This document shows, in pieces, positions 25,057-36,446 of a stretch of DNA of 64,000 nucleotides; position 1 is the first letter of the stretch, and the number at the start of each line of letters is the position of its first letter. The notes under the pieces were generated by a model. The model was not told the DNA's origin. It searched no databases and was given only the letters and a program-made list of their open reading frames with translations. Source of the stretch: Lama glama (taxonomy: Eukaryota); assembly GCA_028534125.1 (NCBI GenBank), contig CM052817.1, positions 1,180,001-1,244,000 on the forward strand, given 5' to 3'. Made by a program: the position numbers and the translations under genes.

Positions 25057-26625
25057 GAAACCACAAAAGACATAGAATTGCCACAGCATTACTGAAGAAA
25101 AAGAAAGAGGCTGGAGAAATAACTCTCCCAGACTTCAGACAATACTATAGAGCTATAGTTATCAAGACAGCATAGTACTGGTACAAAAACAGACATATGG
25201 ACCAATGGAATAGAATAGAGAGCCCAGAAATGAACCCACAAACTTTTGGTCAACTAACCTTCAACAAAGGAGGCAAGAAAATACAATGGAATAAAGACAG
25301 TCTCTTCAGCCAATGGTGTTGGGAAAACTGGACAGCAGCATGTAAAGCAATGAAGCTAGAACACTCCCTTACACCATACACAAAAATAAACTCAAAATGG
25401 ATCAAAGACTTAAACATAAGACAAGATACAATAAACCTCCTAGAAGAAAATATAGGCAAAACATTATCTGACCTACATCTCAAAAATGTTCTCCTAGGGC
25501 AGTCTACCCAAGCAATAGAAATAAAAGCAAGAATAAACAAATGGGACCTAATTAAACTTACAAGCTTCTGCACAGCAAAGGAAACCATAAGTAAAACAAA
25601 ACGACAACCTACGGAACAGGAGAAAATTTTTCAAAATGAAACCAACAAAGGCTTGATCTCCAGAATATATAAGCAGCTCATACGACTTAATAAGAAAAAA
25701 ACAAACAACCCAATCCAAAAATGGGCAAAAGACCTAAACAAGCAATTCCCCAAGGAAGACATACAAATGATCAACAGGCACATAAAAAAATGCTCAATAC
25801 CAGTAATTATCAGAGAAATGCAAATCAAAACTACAATGAGGTATCACCTCACACCGGTCAAAATAGCCATCATTCAAAAATCCACAAATGACAAATGCTG
25901 GAGAGGCTGTGGATAAAAGGGAACCCTCCTACACTGCTGGTGGGAATGCAGTTTGGTGCAGCCACTGTGGAAAACAGTTCAGAGATTCCCCAAAAGACGA
26001 CGAACAGACTTACCATATGACCCAGGAATCCCACTCCTGGGCACATACCCAGAAGGAACCCTATTTCAAAATGACACCTGCACCCCAATGTTCATAGCAG
26101 CATTATTTACAATAGCCAAGACATGGAAACATCCTAAATGTCCATCAACAGATGACTGGATAAAGAAGATGTGGTATACTTATACAATGGAATACTGTTT
26201 AGCCATAAAAACCGACAACATAATGCCATTTGCAGCAACATGGATGTTCCTGGAGAATGTCATTCTAAGTGAAGTAAGCCAGAAAGAGAAAGAAAAATAG
26301 CATATGAGATCGCTCATATGCGGAATCTAAAAAACAAAAACCACATAAATACAAAACAGAAACAGACTCATAGACATAGAATACAAACTTGTGGTTGCCA
26401 GGCGGACGGGGGGTGGGAAGAGACTGGGATTTCAAAATGTAGAACAGATAAACAAGATTATACTGTGTAGCACAGGGAAATATATACAGGATCCTGTGGT
26501 AGGCTCACAGTGAAAGAGAATGTGACAATGAATGAATGTATGTTCATGTATAACTGAAAAATTGTGCTCTACACTTGAATTTGACACACTGTAAAATGAC
26601 TATAACTCAATAAAAAAAAGTTAAA
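25057..26625 (+). mobile_element. Young 5'-truncated L1 (about 1.6 kb)
   Basis: ORFs 25197..25916 and 25953..26300 are in the same frame, separated by one stop codon, and encode the L1 ORF2 C-terminus ([10 protein letters not shown]...CWRGCG*...[16 protein letters not shown]). Followed by 3'UTR and an A tail. Confidence 0.95.
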
Positions 26626-26794
26626 AAAACTGAAAAATAAGTATGTGAACAAAAACGAGATATAAAAAAATAAACGCTACAATAGGACAATGAGATTAGG
26701 GGTAATATTTTCCTCATGTTAACATTTTCTTTAGTATCTTTGGCAATGAACATTATTTTTTACAGCATTTTAAATTACTATGGCAAGCACTCAC

Positions 26795-27023
26795 CTGATC
26801 ACTAAGCAAAAGCTGATTTCTTCCTTGATACAAAGCATCACAGAGCATGTCTACATCATTATTTAGTCTGGACAGAAAGAAAGAATGTTCTTGAGCAGAT
26901 ACTGCCAACTGCTCTTGTACCAAAGAAACATCCTGTTTTAATTTCTCGGCCACTTCCTCCAGGCTTCCGTGGGTTATAAACAATTCTTTTTTCTTATTCT
27001 CGCCTTCTAAAAGTTGATGAAGC
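26795..27023 (-). CDS. HAUS3: HAUS3 coding exon 3 (229 nt)
   Basis: gttttag|GCTTCAT...GATCAG|gtgagt. Translates LHQLLEGENKKKELFITHGSLEEVAEKLKQD...NQLLLSDQ; phases match the adjacent exons. Confidence 0.96.
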
Positions 27024-27354
27024 CTAAAACGTGAAAATAAAAATTATAGGAAAAAATTCTCAAGTCAGTACTTTTCAAAATTATAATCCACTACATTAAG
27101 GTATCTTTGAGGACACTACCAACTTAACAATATTAATCAATCTGCTACTAAATCAAGCAACTAAAAATATTCCAACTAAAATACTATCTCTTACAGAAAT
27201 ATATATTCTAATTATTGTATCTGAATCCCCAGTTTTTCCTTCTCCCAAGTTTTAGACATAAAATCCTTTTTGACTTTAACTGCCATTAATCTACTTCAAA
27301 GTACATTTCAGAGATACCTCCTTCTTTCACAGAACAAAACTAAGATGTACTAGA

Positions 27355-27490
27355 AACAGCAATGAACTAGAAACAGAAGACCTGGGTCTGAGTTCTGGCT
27401 GTTATGTGAGACCTAAGTCAAGTCAACCTCTAAAACTTGATTTCACATCTTAATACCTACCTAATTTTAAAGGATTGTGATACTTAAAAG
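27355..27490 (+). mobile_element. MIR SINE remnant
   Basis: agaagacctgggtctgagttctggct...aagtcaagtcaacctct...aggattgtga, the MIR core. Confidence 0.55.
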
Positions 27491-28558
27491 AAAAAAAAAA
27501 AAAGTAATACAACAATGTAAAATGTTTTAAAAAGTAAACAATAAAGAACTATATAAACAGTAATAGTAAACTTGCTACTCCAGTTATGTTCATATTTGCT
27601 TGACAAGTTAAATTCTTGATGAGCCATGAGACCACTTTAACACTTCAAACATTAATGGCAGAAAAACCCTATGAGGTAAATGGAAAAATGTGAGGCAGCA
27701 TCTTCTACACATAACTGACAAAAAGGGCCTGCTGTTTTTCTTAGAATTAAAAAAAACTATTATTTTAATTATTTTAACAAGTTGCAACAGTTGTCCTAAA
27801 ACTGGTTCAAAGCCCAAGGCTGGCAATTTTATTCTTGTGGAATGTAACTACACAATTCCAGGGGGCACCATTCACACAGATAATGACATCAACGCCACCG
27901 TCTGAAACCATGCAACGAGGCAGCCCTACCCATGTCCTCTCATTTATTAATAAGAAAACAAAATGATGAAGTGATTTTCCTCTAGTCTAGAAAAAAATCA
28001 GGAGTAGGATCCAGATTTTTGAGTCCTTTGACTACTTTAGCCTCCAATTTCAGAATCCTCACACTGAATTCCTTAGACATCTAGAAAAACATTGGGAGCT
28101 AACATTCTTTGCTGATACACCTGACTACACACAAAAATGAAGTCTTCTCCCCTCTCTACTGCTGCCTTCTCCAAATGCAGTCAGTTCTCTGCTCAGCATT
28201 ATTTACTATACACCAAGCTGTATTCAAACTTCCTGTTGCAGTTAAACTTATGTTCCAAATTTAAATAATAGTGCCTAAATATGAATAAAAGCCTTATAAT
28301 TGTATATATTCAATCCTCCAACCCGTCCACCTCACCTCTAAAAAGCAGCTACTTCCAGATTTAACGTGAATGAAAGAGTGCAAAAGTTAAAAAGGAAATA
28401 GAAGCACATAACAGAAAGGTGGAAGAAGAGAATAGAAAGGCCAAAAGTGGAGTGCAAATAATTTTTTTTAACTTCCATAATTTTAGTTCAACCTCTCTTT
28501 AGTACTTTACAAAATCAAAGGAAAAATAATTACTCACTAAAGAAACAATGAAGCATAC

Positions 28559-28998
28559 CTGTGAGTAGAATAATCCCTGGTATCAATGGTATTCCTTGGA
28601 TTTATCTTGGGAGATACTGATGGGTCTGTTAGCATTTCTAATCGCTGGTGGAGCATCATATTACTGTGACTGAGTTCTTGAACCAAGTTTTCAAGTTGAC
28701 GATATACGTCCCAGTGCTTTCTCAATTCAATTTCATACGATAATTGTAGAAGTTCAAATGATGCCTTTTGCTTTATCAACTGATTTAAAACTAACTCTTG
28801 TCTTGCTGTATAATAGTCTTGTTTAGCAATCTGCAGGTCAAAATCTCCCTTTACAACTGGCATATTCAGTAACTGGGCATTCTCTTTTACCACAGCAGGT
28901 AAACTTTTGTCTTTTATATGAGTGATCTGTTCTTCAAGTTTCAGAATCTCACTGTTCAAGCCAGAAATTTTAGCATCCAAATTATCTTTGCCAACAGC
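28559..28998 (-). CDS. HAUS3: HAUS3 coding exon 2 (440 nt)
   Basis: ttctttgtgtag|GCTGTT...CACAG|gtatgc. Translates AVGKDNLDAKISGLNSE...LLNMPVVKGDFDLQIAKQDYYTARQ...RDYSTH. Confidence 0.96.
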
Positions 28999-29990
28999 CT
29001 ACACAAAGAAACAATTAAATTTCAAATTATAATTATAAAGTTGAAATAGTTTTAAAATTATTTTCACTTTCCATTTTAGGTTATCAGATAAGATACTAAT
29101 AAAACTAATTCCATACTAGCAAAAGCCAAAATTACAGTTAAAAAAGGAAGTGTGGACTAACCCAAGGGTAAAGCCAGTATGAACTGCTAAATTTTAATGT
29201 ATTACTACTAGGTAAAATACTATTACACAGTAATGGCTACCAAAATAAAGATCTTGTCATGTTTGTCTTACTCATTAAAAATCATCAGCACACTACTCAC
29301 TGAATGCTAATGTATACTATTTAAATTTTTCTTAAAATTAAAATAACCTCAGTAGCTATTCTCCTAGCCCATTTGCTGATTTTAGCACTTTGACAGAATG
29401 ACAGGCCTTCATACATCATTCCAAAGTTTGTGTCAGTTACAGGTTTCAGTTTCAGAAAAGTTGTATTACTCAACTTTCTAGTGGTTACATTACCAAGAAA
29501 GCAAGCTTTGCAAGAATGCAGATCGATATCTATAATACAACCAAATGTTCCCAAAAAGAGAATCAGGGTTCCAATCCACTGATCAGGATCTCTAATTTCA
29601 TTAGCACTATCCTCTGGTCAGAGCAAACAAGGAAGAATACCCATAACACAACAGTAAGACTCTTTACCCATACATCATAAAAAAGGAGATTTCAGTGTCA
29701 TCTGTATCTGAACCAACAAAAATTTCAAATTCAGAATGCAAAAGTACTTTTGTTTAAAATTAGCTAGATAATGTGGTTGGGACCATAATTACTATTTCTG
29801 CCCTCCACTAATACGAAGATCTACTCGTCTGAAACAATGATACGTATCACAACTAAAAACTGAACAAACAAAATAAGACAATGTAATTACTTATTATATC
29901 CCCCTTTCTAAAGTACTTTAATATCAATATTATATCCTCCACTACTATCAACAATTTCAATATGAATCCAGTTTCATTTCTCATGTTTAC

Positions 29991-30899
29991 CTTGCTAGTG
30001 AGACTATGAAGATTCTCCTCTGCCCATTTTATACTTGACTTCATGCTCAAATTACTTGCTTTCAAGTGAATTAACTGATGCTGAGCACAAATGTATGCTA
30101 GCTGCAGCCTGGCCATCTCCAGTCGTCTCTCCTCAAGAACTTCTTGATTATCACAAATAGATGATGCTTGTATATCTAAAAGTTGAAAATTTTCTTCATT
30201 TGAACTTTCAACTACTTCATGTATACCCTGAAAGAACTGTTTTTTGGTATATAAGGTTAATGCTGCTGTGCTTTGCTCTTCTTGGCTTAGGTATTTTTCC
30301 AAGGAAAACTGAGATAAAAACACCAGTGGATTTGTCCCCTGACCCAAATGATAATGTCTGAAGAACATCATCAATTTTGCAACTTCATCAGTAAGTGTCT
30401 GAAGTTCATTACTGATCTTAGTATTGGTAGCATTTAGGATTCCTTGACTCTGCTTCAGTTTTTTAGTGGCTTCTTCTTCTTTAGCACTCAACCTCACAGA
30501 CTTGTGGCTAGTTACTGAAGCCATCAACTGGCATTTATTACGCCGCTGAATTTTTAGGTTCTTCAATTTCTGCAGAGTTTGGACCTCATCCTCTAGTTTC
30601 TCTAGCTCTTTGTCATTAAGAGTAGGTGTCTTCAAATCAGAAGTTTTACAGGTTTTAAGAACTTCATCCAATGCTGCTCCTTCTAGGATGGGCTTGCCTG
30701 ATTTTTGAAGAATGCTAAAAGCTTCCAATTCCTCTTCAGACAATACGTTCTGTTCATTCACATTCCCACAAAACCACTTCAAAAATGATTCATTGTCAAC
30801 AGTCTCAAACAACCAGTCAAAATCTTCCCCATTAAGAATATCAGCTTTGGGATAAGCAATTTTTTTTAATGTTTCCACAAACTCCTTCCCACAACTCAT
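29991..30899 (-). CDS. HAUS3: HAUS augmin-like complex subunit 3, first coding exon (exon starts at 31041)
   Basis: MSCGKEFVETLKKIAYPKADILNGEDFDWLFE...LHSLTSK (303 codons) is the HAUS3 N-terminus. Acceptor ttttttcctctttag|G at 31041, donor AAG|gtaaac at 29990. Confidence 0.97.
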
Positions 30900-31438
30900 G
30901 GTTTAACTACCCAATTTGTTTGTAACTGATAAGGCTTTATGCTGTCGATATTTAGAAAACAAATCCAAATAAAAACGAAACTAATTTTATGTTAAGTCCA
31001 TAGAGAAAGGGGGAAAATATTTTTAGAATCTATGATTTCTCCTAAAGAGGAAAAAAAGACAAGTATTAGACCACAAGTAAGGCAACCATATCTTTAAAAA
31101 AAAAAACACAGATAAACGTCAAAAGATAAGTTGGGAACTATCTAACCCAGAGGTAGCTGTAGCTGTAAAGTTTCATGAAGATAAAGAGAAACGAACTAGG
31201 GTTTAACTAGAACACTGCAACAGTACCAAAATCCTAATTAACAAGAAAATCTTATTTCTTCCAAAAATAAAGTGTTTTAGAATACATTATATTTTATAGA
31301 GCATTTCAGCTTTCATTTCTAAGTAAATGGATATAAACAAATCCAAGTCACCATGTGCCTAGCGGCCTCTTTTACCTGTTCTTCCTGGAAAAACAGAAAC
31401 AATGTTAAGTTTTTTGAGAAAGACAACTAAATATTTAC

Positions 31439-31787
31439 CTCGATGACTCAATCAGCACCCGCATTCGCGCAAGGGCCAATATCCAGACGCGACTAACCGA
31501 GCGCAGAGGAATCAGCCTCAGGTTTAGAAACTCCCCCCCGGCTTGAGACGTACCAAAGGCCTGAGCCGTCATCAAACGAAGTACCTCAGACATTTCGTTA
31601 TTTTCAACAAACGGACCACTGAAGACTCCACGAGGCGAACTCCGGTGACGGGGACAAGAGGTACAGATGAGGGGCCCAGCAGCACGCCTGCGGCACGCTC
31701 TGTGTGACTTTGTGCAAGTCAGCGGTGACACGTTTGCATGTTAATAAAACGTGTCACGGTAACCGCCGAATCGGCGTCCAAGACAAA
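31439..31787 (-). other. HAUS3: Putative non-coding exon 2 (5'UTR) of HAUS3/POLN; acceptor uncertain
   Basis: Donor GAG|gtaaat at 31438; candidate acceptor ggtttgtgcag| at 31788. The donor is better supported than the acceptor. Confidence 0.5.
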
Positions 31788-32850
31788 CTGCACAAACCGG
31801 GGCGGGGACCCCCCGGCCTGGGCCGCGGCCGCCCGCGGCCGCACAGCGCCTCAGGGCCCGGCGGGTCCTCCCGCCCGGAGCTGCGGGCCCCACGCCCGGC
31901 GCCCCCAACCCCCCGGCGTCCCCGCCCCGGGCCCCGGCCCTTTGCCCTGAGGGCCGCGACTGCGCCGCGCGGGCAGGGACTCGAGCGCCTGAAAGACGTC
32001 CCCAGGCGCGCGCGGAAAGAAGAGGAAGCCCGGTGACCGATGCCGCTCCCACAGCCTCACCGTCCGTAAGGCCCAGAACTGCGACGCCGGCGCCACTCAC
32101 CTCAGGAAGCTCGGTTCGCGCCCCTCAACAGCCCGCCGCCGCCGCGCCTCGCACGGCCTCACGGGAGTGTCGCCTTCGCGCGCGCGCTGAAGGCCGAGGC
32201 TGGGCCGCGGGGTGGCCGCCTGCGCAGGCGCGGTGCCGGAGAGCGCGGATCCCCGGGGGGCCGTCTACCAGCACGGAGCGATCTGATTGGCTCCCTGCCG
32301 CAGGGGCGGGGGCGGGGCGCGCGTGGGGCGGGGTGGGGCTGGAGGTCGCCCTGCGGGGAGGCCCCTCCCGGTGCTCTCTCTAAAGGCCGGCCCTCAGGCA
32401 GCCTGGCTGGGTCCGGGGCGCGCACCGGAGCCAGCCCGGCCCTGCCGGCCGCTGGCCGCGCGCCGGGGAACCCGGCCCGGTGGCCTCTGCGTCCCGCCCT
32501 CCACCCCGGAGCGGGCGTGGGCGAGCTCGCGGAGCCGGGCGGTGCGCGCCGCGCCGCGCCGCGGGAGCCTCTCGGCTTAGTGCTTCGCTCGCGTCGGTCT
32601 GGTACCGGGAACGTTGTTTTGCAAGCGCGCTTAGTTCCCAAGCGCTCACCTGACAAGCCCATTTTCAAAGAACAACGTAAGAAGTTGAAACTAACGCATA
32701 CAGACACGGAGTGAGCAAGTGTCAAAGACGTATTTAACTCGAGATGAAGCACGGTGTCCGCGGAAGACGCCAGAAACGGAAAGCGCGCAGTGAGAGAAGC
32801 GGTGCGCAAATGAGGTCAAATCTGGCCGATGCCCAGAGCTGGGGTTACCT
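31450..32850. promoter_or_regulatory. CpG-island promoter of HAUS3/POLN
   Basis: Abrupt CpG-dense, GC-rich block. NRF1-like TGCGCAGGCGC at 32221, CCAAT (ctgattgg) at about 32283-32290, clustered GGGCGG boxes at about 32302-32335. Confidence 0.9.
32101..32200 (-). other. HAUS3: Putative non-coding exon 1 shared by HAUS3 and POLN (5' boundary approximate)
   Basis: Strong donor GAG|gtgagt at 32100-32095 inside the CpG island, just downstream of NRF1-like, CCAAT and GC-box motifs. A shared first exon for vertebrate POLN and HAUS3 is established knowledge. The TSS cannot be fixed from sequence. Confidence 0.7.
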
Positions 32851-35800
32851 ATTGTATTGGACAGAATTCATTTGCATCTCTACCAGACAAAAATCATTTT
32901 TAACTTACCAATCTACGTTTACATCTGAATGTAAAGGTGCAAGGTTGGGGCCCTGGTCATTACTACATAGTACCTCCCCACCCCCAGCATCAAATGGCCC
33001 TCGGGTGGCTTAGTTAGATAATGTCCTAGTCTAGTGTGACATTGGAAGGGCAGACGTGTTCTGGATAATTTCCCTTAATATTTTTAAGGAGAGAAAAAAT
33101 AATGTTCTGGGGCAGACATCATGAATTAATCTTGACTTGAAGTTACTTCCTATTCATTGTTCATTTTGTTTCATTTTTTATTCTCCTCTTCTAAAAGACA
33201 GTATGCCTAAAATGATGGGGAAAACAAACGTTACAGGAGAAAAAATTCAAAGCAGTGCCTGGCCTGAACCCAGAGGCCTGGACCCCGGAGAGGATGGTTC
33301 CTTTGGTATGCTGGGAGGCTAGGTTGGAGCCCCCGGACTGGGGAGACTCCTTTGGCCACCGTGGGGACGGGTATTGGGGTTGGGGGCATGCAGCCGGGGA
33401 CAGGAGCCCAGCCGACTTAAAGGGAGGAAGTGGAGGCTGAGCAGGCAGCGTCTTCAAGAAATTCTGCTGAAGAGGCAAAGGAGGGAGAGAGAGAGAAAGC
33501 AGCAGGAGGACGTGAGATGAGGGGGTGGGAATGCAGAGCTGGGGGGAGGGTTTGGGTTTTGTTTTGTTTAAGATGGGAGGAACTTGGGGATATTTATAGA
33601 CTGTGAGGAGGAACTCAGAGGAGACAGAAGATGCCAGAGAGAAAAGGGCTGCTTTACAGAAAGATCCCTGAGGGGCAGGAGGGTGAGAGCCCCAGCACAG
33701 GAGGCTGAGCTAGAAGCCCACTGCCCAGTCTTCCTAGTGACTCCTGCATCATTTCCTGGGCCCACAAATTCTCCATGTGATTTCTGAATTGCTGACCTAC
33801 CATAGTTATTTGCTTGAGAGACGTTCGTGGGGCCAAAAAGAGCCATAAAAATATAAACATCAAAATGGCATTAGCTCCCAGGGTACAAATGACAAATACT
33901 ATAGGTTTAACTATACACTCAGAAATGATTCCTTGAAAACCTGACTTATTAGAGCATTTCTGTACTTGAGGTTGCACCTGCAATTTAGGAAAGCAAGTAC
34001 CTAACACTTCCAGGACAAGCTTTCTTTCCTCCAATCAAAATCATCTAGAGTTTTAGTGGGGAACTTGGCGGAGTTAAAAGATAAAGGGAACCCAGGAATG
34101 AGTCCCCCTGAGAAAGCCCAGGAGACTCAGCAGGACTAAACAGGCCGAACACAGCTGTGAGCATCACGTGCTTTTGTTGTTTCCTTCCTTCCTGTGGAAA
34201 TCCTTTCTTTTATCCTATTGATATTAAAAAGTATTTTAGGTTTTCTTTTCAGACATTGAACTGCCGTCTGATGTTAAAGAGCATCTGCTTTTGGAGGTAG
34301 CTTTCAGTGATGGTGGCGGGACTCCGATCTTCAAGTTGGGAGTGACACTCCCAGTGTGAGCAGTGACTGCAGTAACAGAAGTGACAAGCGGGGGGGGGGG
34401 GGGCAAGAGACAGATGCAGGGAGCCTTGTGCACAGGGGATAGAAGAAGTCGGCGAGCTCAGGCAACCTGGGACCTGGAGGGGCAGGGAGTGACCTTGAGG
34501 GCAGCCGCCTAGGGCCTGATGGCCAGAGAGCAAGTCTGCATGATTCTCTGTTTCCAGCTGAGCAAGATAGTGGCTCTTCTTCTTGCTCTTCTATTAACCT
34601 TCCTGTTCAGAAGAACACCCCGCGTACACCTTACACCGTGGGGCTGGGGGTGGGGGGGCGGGGGGAGAGTGAGCTTGTCTCCTGGCACATTGACAGTCAC
34701 GTGACAAAGGTGAAAACTCAGTCCTCAAATTCAGGAGCGGCTGGGGTCAGGAGCTGACCCGGATGACCTGACGGGGGTGGGTGGGGGCGACAGGGAAAAA
34801 GGGCTGTCCGGAAGGGGGCACAGAGGGGCCTGGGGTCTCATAAAGCACCTCGGGACTGGCTGAGGAGGCAGAAGGCAATGAGGAGGGGCTGAGAGCCCCT
34901 GCAAACGAAGTAGGGGAGAGGTGTAATCCCATTTACATTCTGGAAAGATCCCTGTGGGACTAGTGCAGAGGGCCTGGCCTGGCGAAGGAGTGGGAGTGGA
35001 GGAAAGGACACAGCCTGAAAAGGGCCCTGCCCGAGTAGCCCAATTACCCCAGCACCCACTGTGGGTTGCCATAATCCCAGCAAAGATGTGATCAAACCAG
35101 GTGGAGGAGACTCGGGAACCACCTTCCAGAAGAGTCACCAACCAGAGCTGTGGGGTGCGGGGTGGTGAGTGCAGAGGGACAGAGGGACAGAAGGGAGCAA
35201 GGGTGGGAGGGGGCTGAGTGGAAGGCCCAGAAGCAGTGGGGAGAGCACAGGCACCTGGGTTTGACCCTGGAGGTGACGGGCAACAAGACCACCCAAGGAG
35301 TGGCAGGGAGAGTGTGGGCAGGAGGGCTGAGACCCAGGCAGGCGTCCCACTTCAGGGGTGCTTGCTGTAATCCAGGCTGGACGTACAGAGATGGCATTTG
35401 GCAGCCGGAGGGGCTTCCCAGTGGGCTAGGTGTGGTCCCAGGGCCATCACCCTCCAGTAGGTGACTTGGGAAAGGCAGGAGCCTTCCCTGGGCCTGTTAC
35501 CCGTCTATGAGATGGGCCCAGCCTGAGGACATCAGTTGCTAATTACCTACAGTAAGTGCTTAGCGCAGCTCCTGGAGCACTTACGCCCTCAATAAAAAGG
35601 GATGATTTAAAATCATAGGAATATTGGGAATTCAAATACCCCCGTGTACATTCATGCCCAGTCCCTCAGCTCAAGGGCTGAGCTGCACTCCCAGTAGGAA
35701 TTCCCTACTTTTCTAGAGATGTCCCTTGGGGGGCTCACACAGGTACAAGGCCAGAAGACTGCTTCCGGCTGGGAGAGGGTGGGGGAACTGATTCCCCCTG

Positions 35801-36436
35801 GGTCCCTGTAGGTTCTCTCCCACAGACACCCCAAAACCCACCAGTAGGTCTCACTGCGCCACCTCAACGTGCTGTGGCCTGCCCACCATGGCAGCCCCGG
35901 GCTCCCAGGAGAGCCCCATTCTGGTCCCCAGTTCCTGGTACTCAAGGTGGGCACTTCCTCCCCTGATGCCCTCTTCTGGGGCCATGCCATCTCACCCCCT
36001 ACCCTGCACAGCAGGACGTTCCAGGGTCCCTGAGGACAGGTCCAAGGAGGGCTTCTTGCTGTGAAGCCCTGAGAGCCAGCAGCTGCTGTGCACAAAGGGC
36101 ATGGGCACACGGAGGTGGGCTGAGGGCACCTGACAGAGACGCCTGGCTGGCACAGAGCCCCATGAGCCCCAGAGCCAGGGTGAAGCCTGAGGCTGGCAGC
36201 AATAGGCTTGGAAAACAGGTGAGGGTGGGGGTGGCTGCCAGCTTAACCCCAACCTTCATCTCCAGGTGTGACCGTCCAGGGAGGCAGCTGTGACGGTGGG
36301 GTCGCGGCAGCTGGCTAGCCCAGAAAGCAGAGGCTGTGGTCAGGGTGGTGAGGACCTCCCTATGGAGGCTGAGGGGAGGGGAGCAAAACGCAGTGATGGA
36401 AAGAACTAGAAGCCAGAGAGGTGAGGTATAAAAATC

Positions 36437-36446
36437 TGTATTTATG
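36437..36446 (-). terminator. MXD4: Probable distal MXD4 poly(A) region (variant hexamers CATAAA/AATACA)
   Basis: Minus strand reads TGTAACATAAATACAGATTTTTATA: UGUA plus variant hexamers in a small AT-rich island within GC-rich DNA. Implies a 3'UTR of about 3 kb. Confidence 0.55.

Noticed and set aside
25197..26300. Host or domesticated protein-coding gene
   Set aside because: It is the ORF2 C-terminus of a 5'-truncated L1 with a nonsense codon and a poly(A) tail.
29853..29990. C-terminal extension of the 348-aa HAUS3 ORF
   Set aside because: Read-through into the intron past the AAG|gtaaac donor. An intron-retained short isoform cannot be supported from sequence alone.
31704..32809. ORFs within the HAUS3/POLN CpG island
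   Set aside because: Low-complexity GC-rich translations with no recognisable homology; only the exon-2 uORF frame was kept as a hypothesis.
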